From: Synergistaceae bacterium
Lineage (GTDB): Bacteria; Synergistota; Synergistia; Synergistales; Aminobacteriaceae
DNA length: 64,000 nucleotides
NCBI GenBank assembly: GCA_017448795.1
Contig: JAFSKV010000072.1
Span: 39,084-103,083 of the forward strand
Direction of reading: 5' to 3'
Both the position numbers and the translations under genes were made by a program. Below are positions 58,004 through 64,000 of this stretch, one piece after another. The notes below the pieces were generated by a model. It saw only the letters and a list, made by a program, of their open reading frames with translations. It searched no databases and had not been told where the DNA came from. How positions within the stretch are numbered: position 1 is the stretch's first letter; every line of letters begins with the position of its first letter.

Positions 58004-58828
58004 ATGAGTGAGAGAAAAGCGTTCAAGATGCCGCATCTCTTGTGGATAATGTTCGGGATAATTCTTCTCGCGAGTCTGGCAACGTATATCATACCCGCCG
58101 GGAATTTCCAGACGAACGAGGCAGGCCAGATAGCCGGCACAGAGTTTCACTACTTGGGACATCAGACACCCTCAGCGGAAGAAAGATTCTAGTCGTCATA
58201 ATCTTTGTCGTTCAGTACCTCGTTATTGCTGTGTATTCGCTGATGGGCGGAAGCCAGACGTTCGATTTCATGATTGCTGTGATGATTGTTACGATGATAC
58301 TTGTCGGGATAATCGGCGGAATGTCGGCGGACGAACTCGGAAACAGTTTCGCGAAGGGGCTTGCGTCAATGGCATTCGTTGCGTTCGTGATTGGGCTCGC
58401 GAAGGTAATATCACTCGTCCTCGACAACGGCAGCGTAATTCACACGATAGTATACGTCCTGACCAAGCCGCTTATGGATCTTCCGCGCTCTGTGTCCAGC
58501 ATAGGATTGACGCTGATTGTGTCGGTGATAAATCCTCTGATACCTTCTGCGACATCGAATGGCCGCAATACTCGTGCCAATCATGAAGCCTGTAGCCGAA
58601 GCGTTGGGGCTGAAGCTGAATCTCGCTGTTGTTGCGTACCAGATGGGGGACAGTTTCACGAATCTCGTTTCTCCGCTGCCGGGCTGGATGGTAGGTTCAT
58701 GCGCTATGGCAAATGTTCCGTTCGCAAAGTGGTTCAGGTGGGTGTTCCCGAAAGTGTTACTGTTCATCTTCCTTGCCTGCGTGATAGTGTATATTCTCAC
58801 GGTAACGGGCTGGAGCGGCGTGGTATAG
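58004..58828 (+). pseudogene. YfcC-family (anaerobic C4-dicarboxylate-carrier-like) transporter remnant
   Basis: The N-terminal piece MSERKAFKMPHLLWIMFGIILLASLATYIIPAG stops at 58192. The middle piece is in another frame (KILVVIIFVVQYLVIAVY...). A 1-nt shift near 58557 lies before MAAILVPIMKPVAEALG. The total is far shorter than the family norm. Confidence 0.6.
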
Positions 58829-58837
58829 TCAGCAAAA

Positions 58838-58868
58838 GAGGCAGGCCGCAACACTATCAACCTGCCTC
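58838..58868 (+). terminator. Hairpin downstream of the yfcC remnant
   Basis: Perfect 8-bp stem GAGGCAGG / CCTGCCTC with a weak T tract. Confidence 0.35.
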
Positions 58869-58959
58869 ACATTTCTGCTTGCCCATTCTTCAAGGGTATA
58901 ATTTTAGCCTCTTCTGAGAATTTTTCAGGGGAGGCATCTTGTTTCATGGAGGATTCCTT

Positions 58960-60642
58960 ATGTTAGGGTTCAGGACTGACAGAGAAAAGTTCACGTTCAC
59001 TTCACCGAATGACACCGAAGCATTCTCGGACGTTTTGCGGTTCGTTGAGAGTAAGACAGAAGAGTTCAAGACTTCCGGCAGAGAAGCCACACGTATAATC
59101 ATGATGTGCGAGGAGTCCCTCGTCAAGCTCCTGGATTACGCCGACTTCCCGGACAACTCACCAGTAACCGCCGAAGTCTCAGCAACAAACTTCATGGGCA
59201 ACGTGAGATTCACTCTCAGGATTCCCGGCGCAAAATTCGACTTCCTCCGTGCCATCCAGTCAGCAGACATAGACCCCGACGAAGTATCATCCGAAACCTA
59301 CGAGACCATCAACAACGTGTTGCTCCAGCAGTTTGCCGACCGCCTAAGATACGAACACAGGGACGGCGTAAACTTCATCAGGATTGCGGCACTGAGTTCC
59401 CCGTACAACGCGCTGTTCAAGATTGTGGCGGCGATATTCCTTGCGGTTGTTACTGGAATACTCATGAGGACGTTCGCGACTCCTGAAATACGCTCCTATG
59501 TCCGGGCAGATTTCCTTGTTCCACTAAGCTCGATCATCATGAACGCCATGAAGATGTGTACGATACCGCTGGTGTTCTTCTCTGTCGTTGTGTGCATATC
59601 GCGTTTCGGGAATCCTGCTGAGATGAAGAGGCTTGCGTTAAGGTGCATGGCCTGCTTCTTGTCGGCTCAGACTGTTGCGGCTGCGGCAAGCATCGGGGTA
59701 TTCTTCACTCTAAGGCCTGCGCTGAAGTCAGTTGCGGGGATTCTTTCGGGAATGTCGGAGATAGGTGCTGAGGCGCAGACAAATTTCCTCATGAAAATGT
59801 TACTGGACTTGCTTCCGCCAAGTATCATTGAGCCGTTCCTGGACAATGACGTTCTGCAGCTGCTCCTTCTGGGAATACTTTTCGGGTTCGCTATGAGGAT
59901 GGCTGACGTTAGGAGACTGCGTGAAGGTTTCGAGGATTTCGCCAAGCTGTTTGTGAAGGCGTTATCCATCGTCTGCAAGTTTACCCCCGTGATGGTCTTC
60001 TGTTCGATAACTCGTCAGGTTATGGAGCTTGGGCTTGATGCTGTCGCTAATATCGCGTGGCTTGCTGTGTGTATCTTGGTGAGTGAGCTGGCTGTTATGG
60101 CGGTCTACTGCGTTTCTGTGCGTGCTGTCTCAGGAATGGCCCTGCGGAAATTTCTGGCCAAAGCCGGGCCTGCAATGCTCACGTCAGCGTCAACAATGTC
60201 AGGAAAGGCGGCAATCCCGGTGAACATGAAAGCCTGCGGGGAACTCGGAGTCCCGTCAAACGTCTGCAATATCTCCGTGCCAATGTCAGCAATCTTCAAC
60301 AAACAGGGCGGCTATATCCCGGTTGTAGTGTCATCGTTGTTCCTCGCGTTAATGTGCGGAATTGATGTTAGTGCGTGGGATGTGGTGCTTCTTGCGGCTC
60401 AGGCAATGCTGATAGTAGTAGCTTCTTCCGGGATTACTGCACAGCTTGTTGTTCCGGGGATATTGGGCGTGCCTTCAGCGGCGGTTGAGCTTGTCTTGGG
60501 GGTAACTCAGCTCATGGATATTGTCGGGGTTGCTCTGGACTCGCTTGGTGCGGTGGCTTCTGCTGTGATTGTTGCGGGGAAATCTTGCGCCGCTGATGAT
60601 GATATAATAGCTCCATTCCAATCACCAAAACGAGGAGGATAA
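58960..60642 (+). CDS. Dicarboxylate/amino acid:cation symporter (DAACS) with an N-terminal cytoplasmic domain of about 160 aa
   Basis: Transporter body from about residue 165 ([32 protein letters not shown]). The ATG at 58960 is 6 nt after GGAGGA. Confidence 0.8.
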   Translation: MLGFRTDREKFTFTSPNDTEAFSDVLRFVESKTEEFKTSGREATRIIMMCEESLVKLLDYADFPDNSPVTAEVSATNFMGNVRFTLRIPGAKFDFLRAIQSADIDPDEVSSETYETINNVLLQQFADRLRYEHRDGVNFIRIAALSSPYNALFKIVAAIFLAVVTGILMRTFATPEIRSYVRADFLVPLSSIIMNAMKMCTIPLVFFSVVVCISRFGNPAEMKRLALRCMACFLSAQTVAAAASIGVFFTLRPALKSVAGILSGMSEIGAEAQTNFLMKMLLDLLPPSIIEPFLDNDVLQLLLLGILFGFAMRMADVRRLREGFEDFAKLFVKALSIVCKFTPVMVFCSITRQVMELGLDAVANIAWLAVCILVSELAVMAVYCVSVRAVSGMALRKFLAKAGPAMLTSASTMSGKAAIPVNMKACGELGVPSNVCNISVPMSAIFNKQGGYIPVVVSSLFLALMCGIDVSAWDVVLLAAQAMLIVVASSGITAQLVVPGILGVPSAAVELVLGVTQLMDIVGVALDSLGAVASAVIVAGKSCAADDDIIAPFQSPKRGG

Positions 60643-60646
60643 AATC

Positions 60647-61186
60647 ATGGCGAACAAGTACGCAGGAACACAGACGGAGAAGAACTTGCAGGCGGCCTTT
60701 GCAGGAGAGTCGCAGGCGCGGAACAAGTACACATATTTTGCGTCAAAGGCAAAGAAGGAAGGCTTCGAGCAGATAGCGGCGATATTCCTTCAGACGGCGG
60801 CCAACGAGAAGGAGCACGCGGAGATCTGGTTCAAGGAGCTTGACGGCATCGGAGACACGGCGGCCAACCTCACAGCGGCGGCGGAAGGCGAGAACTACGA
60901 GTGGACCGACATGTACGAGGGCTTCGCGAAAACGGCAGAGGCTGAAGGCTTCAAGGCACTTGCGGCGAAATTCCGTATGGTCGCGGCAATCGAGAAACAC
61001 CACGAGGAAAGATACCGCGCATTGCTGAAGAACGTTGAGGCTCAGGAAGTATTTGCACGGAGCGAGGTCAAAGTGTGGGAGTGCAGGAACTGCGGACATA
61101 TCGTAGTCGGCACAAAAGCTCCCGAAATCTGCCCGGTCTGCGCCCACCCCAAGGCATATTTCGAGATTCACGGCGAGAACTACTAG
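60647..61186 (+). CDS. rbr: Rubrerythrin
   Basis: Contains [23 protein letters not shown] and EKEHAEIW, with a C-terminal rubredoxin-type site CRNCGH...CPVCAHP. Confidence 0.9.
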   Translation: MANKYAGTQTEKNLQAAFAGESQARNKYTYFASKAKKEGFEQIAAIFLQTAANEKEHAEIWFKELDGIGDTAANLTAAAEGENYEWTDMYEGFAKTAEAEGFKALAAKFRMVAAIEKHHEERYRALLKNVEAQEVFARSEVKVWECRNCGHIVVGTKAPEICPVCAHPKAYFEIHGENY

Positions 61187-61208
61187 GACTGACGGAGAAC
61201 ACTTCCCC

Positions 61209-61433
61209 TTGTCGGCGACGGCAGGGGGAATAATTTTACAGGAGGCGGATGACCCCAGGACGTGGGAGACACCAGAGCAGGAAAGAGAGCGGAAAATGAG
61301 GGCATTCATGGAGCTGGAGGAAATGAGGAAAGAATTTCAGGCCATGAGGAAAAAAGATCCGAGTCTGATTCCTGACGACTACGAGGAAGCATACGCGGAA
61401 GCACTGGAAGAGAAATACGGGGTGGCGAAATGA
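61209..61433 (+). CDS. Small acidic ORF in the antitoxin position upstream of a PIN remnant
   Basis: 4-nt ATGA overlap with the PIN ORF. The C-terminus is DDYEEAYAEALEEKYGVAK. The start is uncertain, and ATG at 61296 is an alternative. Confidence 0.35.
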   Translation: MSATAGGIILQEADDPRTWETPEQERERKMRAFMELEEMRKEFQAMRKKDPSLIPDDYEEAYAEALEEKYGVAK

Positions 61434-61652
61434 TGAAAGTCCTTGTTGATACGAACGTGATACTCAACTATCTTACTGGGCGTGAAGATAAGTACTTAGA
61501 GGAATCAATAGGGGTCATGTCGATGTGTTCGCAGAATAAACCCGAGGGCTACGTTGCTTTTCATTCGCTGTCGATAATCTGGTACACAGCCGGGAGAATG
61601 AAGCTGTCTGAAGAAGGTCGCCGTAAATGGCTCAACCGTGTGTGTGAAATCC
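61430..61652 (+). pseudogene. PIN-domain (VapC-like) toxin remnant, 3' half missing
   Basis: Starts MKVLVDTNVILNYLTGRE (first PIN acidic residue). The homology ends at NRVCEIL, exactly where the convergent manA stop (61653) begins. The remaining ORF tail is antisense to manA. Confidence 0.6.
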
Positions 61653-62579
61653 TCATTCCCGCGCAACAAACATCACTCCATCACCCTCAACCGCGTAATC
61701 ACACTCACAATCCCCCGGCACAAAGACATTCCCGCCCTTCACCAGCTCACACACATAATCCCCGCACCTCATCACACACTCACCCTCAAGGCACAGCATG
61801 AACATGAACGACCCTTCAGCATTCCCCGCAAACGGAGCGCGTAATCTCTCAGCGTGAAACTTGTTGCATGACACAATCACATTCCCCGCCCGGCCCGGAG
61901 GCGTTATCGTCAGCGGAAATGTGTTCGTTACGTCAAGTGCCTTCGCTATGTGGAGTTCCCTCGGCTTGCCGTCAGCACCTAACCTCCCGTAATCGTAGAC
62001 CCTGTACGTTATGTTGCTGTTCTCCTGAATCTCAGCAAGAGTTATCCCCGCCCCGATTGCGTGAATCGTCCCGGCAGGGATGAAGTACATATCTCCGTCC
62101 TTAACGTAAACTTTCCTCAGCATGTCCGTTAATGTCTCATCACGTATTGCCGCCTCAAATTCACGCCTCGAAACATTCCGGCTGAATCCCAAGTATATAT
62201 ACGCCCCCTCATCATGGCCGAGAATGTACCACGCCTCAATCTTCCCCCGGCTGTTCTCGACCCTCCTCGCGTATTCCGTGAAAGGATGAACCTGAACCGA
62301 CAAAGGACGCGCCGCATCAATCAGCTTCACCATAACAGGGAAAGTATCATCAGCCCGGAAATTCGGCGAGACCATAGCAGGGAATCTCCTCACTGCCTCC
62401 GACAATGTCAGCCCCGACAATTCCCCGTCAAGAATCACATTGTCCCCGTCAGAATGCGAGGCAAGCTCCCAGCTCTCAGCAAGGGTTTCTGTTACGGGAG
62501 TCTTGCCCCATGACGTGATGAGATTTTTCCCGCCCCATATGTAGCTCTTGTAGACCGGGGATAACCTGAAAGGCAACAT
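61653..62579 (-). CDS. manA: Class I mannose-6-phosphate isomerase
   Basis: Contains YIWGGKNL, AESWELASH, LSVQVHP, EAWYIL and IHAIGAGITLAEIQENSNITYRVYDYGR. Confidence 0.8.
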   Translation of the reverse strand: MLPFRLSPVYKSYIWGGKNLITSWGKTPVTETLAESWELASHSDGDNVILDGELSGLTLSEAVRRFPAMVSPNFRADDTFPVMVKLIDAARPLSVQVHPFTEYARRVENSRGKIEAWYILGHDEGAYIYLGFSRNVSRREFEAAIRDETLTDMLRKVYVKDGDMYFIPAGTIHAIGAGITLAEIQENSNITYRVYDYGRLGADGKPRELHIAKALDVTNTFPLTITPPGRAGNVIVSCNKFHAERLRAPFAGNAEGSFMFMLCLEGECVMRCGDYVCELVKGGNVFVPGDCECDYAVEGDGVMFVARE

Positions 62580-62582
62580 GAC

Positions 62583-63743
62583 TTACACCGCCATTTTCCC
62601 GCCGTCAATGTAGACTCTTGGGACTCTTGCTGACGGACTGCACACAATCTCGTGGATTATCGTCCCTGCATTCTTCGCGGCAATGGGCATTAGTTCCCCG
62701 TCAAAAACCGTAGCAACATCCCCGGCCTTCACGCCCGGAACATCCGTAACATCCGCCATCATCATATCCATACATACCCGCCCACGTATCGGGCACACAG
62801 CATCATGTATCTTCACGCCGTAATTGTTCGACAGAATACGCGGCATCCCGTCAGCATAACCCATAGGCAACACGGCCATGATTGAGTCGCGGGTTAATCT
62901 GTAAGTCCTCCCGTAGCTTATTGTCGTCCCGGCAGGAAGTGAGCGGACAGCCGTTATCCTGCTTTTGACGGTCATAACAGGGTGAAGGCCTAATGTGCTG
63001 TCCTCGTTGCCCGTTTCTGTTGACGCGTAACCGTAAAGCACCAGCCCAAACCGTCCCATGTCCAGATGAGCCGCAGGGTAATCCAGAATCCCAACGGAAG
63101 CCGCCGAGTGTACAAGCTCGAAGTTCTGCCCCATTCCCCGCAGATACTCCCTAGCCTCAAGAAGCCGGGCAAGCTGTGTGCGCGTGAAGTCAGAGTCCCC
63201 GTCAGCCGCCGCAAAGTGCGTGAACATTCCTTCAGCGTACAAGCCGGGCATTCCGCAGGCTGTCATTATGCCGCGAGCTGTGCGTTCCTTATCTTCAGGA
63301 TCACCGGGCCAGTAGAATCCCGTCCGGCTCATCCCCGTATCTATCTTGATGTGAATGCGGATGACTTTCCCGGATGATGCCGCGTAATCTGAGAGTGCCT
63401 TTGCGTTTGACACGTCGCCGACAGCTTGGGTGATGCCAAATTCGGCCATGAGGGGAGCGAGTCCGGGCTGAGTCTGTCCCAAGCACAATATCGGGAGGGT
63501 GATGCCGTTTTCGCGGAGTTCGGCACCTTCCGGGACTGTTGCGACTGCGAGCCAGTCTGCCCCGGAGTCCTGAAGTTTGCGGGCGCATTGTGTCATTCCG
63601 TGTCCGTAAGCGTTGGCTTTGACGACTGCGAGGAATTTTGCTGACGGTGTGAGAGTCTTGCGCAGGATTTCGGTGTTGCGGGCGAGGTCATCAAGATTGA
63701 TTTCCGCCCAAGTCCGGGACATAGCTAGTTCTAGGTCTGTCAT
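62583..63743 (-). CDS. alr: Alanine racemase
   Basis: Contains the PLP-Lys motif AVVKANAYGHG, plus VCMDMMMADV and RVPRVY. ATG at 63743. Confidence 0.9.
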   Translation of the reverse strand: MTDLELAMSRTWAEINLDDLARNTEILRKTLTPSAKFLAVVKANAYGHGMTQCARKLQDSGADWLAVATVPEGAELRENGITLPILCLGQTQPGLAPLMAEFGITQAVGDVSNAKALSDYAASSGKVIRIHIKIDTGMSRTGFYWPGDPEDKERTARGIMTACGMPGLYAEGMFTHFAAADGDSDFTRTQLARLLEAREYLRGMGQNFELVHSAASVGILDYPAAHLDMGRFGLVLYGYASTETGNEDSTLGLHPVMTVKSRITAVRSLPAGTTISYGRTYRLTRDSIMAVLPMGYADGMPRILSNNYGVKIHDAVCPIRGRVCMDMMMADVTDVPGVKAGDVATVFDGELMPIAAKNAGTIIHEIVCSPSARVPRVYIDGGKMAV

Positions 63744-63836
63744 GTGATGGGTCTCCTTTGTGGATTGTTGTGGGAAATAGTACAACATGGGCTATAATTT
63801 GGCCAGATAACAAGTAAGGAGTATTATGGTTTCAAC

Positions 63837-64000
63837 ATGAATGACTTTAACAGTTACGGTCTCAGGAAAGAATTATTATCCGCCCTCAATGAACACGGCT
63901 TCTCCTCACCTATGGACGTTCAAGACCGGGTGCTTTCTGAGGACTGGAACAGCGACTTAATCGTCCGCGCAAAAACTGGTTCAGGAAAAACTCTAGCATT
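63837..64000 (+). CDS. DEAD-box RNA helicase, N-terminus only (runs off the window)
   Basis: Q-motif region FNSYGLRKELLSALNEHGFSSPMDVQ and Walker A AKTGSGKT. Confidence 0.8.
   Translation, partial: MNDFNSYGLRKELLSALNEHGFSSPMDVQDRVLSEDWNSDLIVRAKTGSGKTLA

Noticed and set aside
61249-61299. A 16-codon upstream ORF (MTPGRGRHQSRKESGK) ending in an ATGA overlap with the alternative antitoxin start at 61296.
   Set aside because: The AGGAGG-to-ATG spacing is only 3 nt and the peptide is Arg/Ser/Lys-rich with no recognisable motif. The evidence is insufficient.
61653-61801. A His/Pro/Thr-rich repeat-like tail (HHPQPRNHTHNPPAQRH…HTHNPRTSSHTHPQG) in the 123-aa ORF.
   Set aside because: It lies entirely antisense to the well-supported manA C-terminus and begins where the PIN homology ends. 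It is a read-through artefact.

Overview
This 64-kb window looks like an ordinary chromosomal segment from an anaerobic diderm bacterium. It encodes Skp, an RND pump, Tat, TctABC and rubrerythrin. Gene content suggests Synergistota, but that is only a guess. I saw no rRNA or tRNA genes, no CRISPR array, and no transposase, integrase or phage genes.

Main housekeeping blocks:
- A long minus-strand operon at 8.1-18.4 kb: rimP-nusA-ylxR/L7Ae-infB-rbfA-nrnA-truB-ribF-tatD-tgt-tsaC.
- rpoZ-coaBC-priA-like at 24.5-27.6 kb.
- A candidate preQ1-I riboswitch in front of a yhhQ-type transporter at 27.66 kb.
- An RND efflux pair at 33.1-37.3 kb.
- A Tat-signal flavoprotein reductase followed directly by tatB-like, tatA and tatC at 37.5-40.8 kb.
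- glgB, birA-bioY with a bioO-like operator, tctCBA, rubrerythrin, manA and alr.

I found no classical defence or mobile island. The items most worth a second look are:
1. A translationally coupled exported Ig/TPR protein and an orphan ParA-like ATPase. The ATPase carries a 4 x 54-nt Pro/Glu tandem-repeat linker and an unassigned C-terminal domain (43.0-47.0 kb).
2. A PriA homologue that keeps its N-terminal and Cys-rich regions but has no recognisable Walker A or DExH motifs.
3. A DAACS transporter fused to a degenerate GHKL/SpoIIAB-like N-terminal domain.
4. A Sel1-repeat/CsgG-like fusion protein whose signal peptide is one nucleotide out of frame.
5. A TatB-like gene with no canonical start codon at its conserved N-terminus.
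6. A 5.7-kb run (53.1-58.8 kb) in which six of seven consecutive amino-acid-utilisation genes are truncated, frameshifted or internally deleted.

All family assignments come from reading motifs in the supplied translations. No database search was run.
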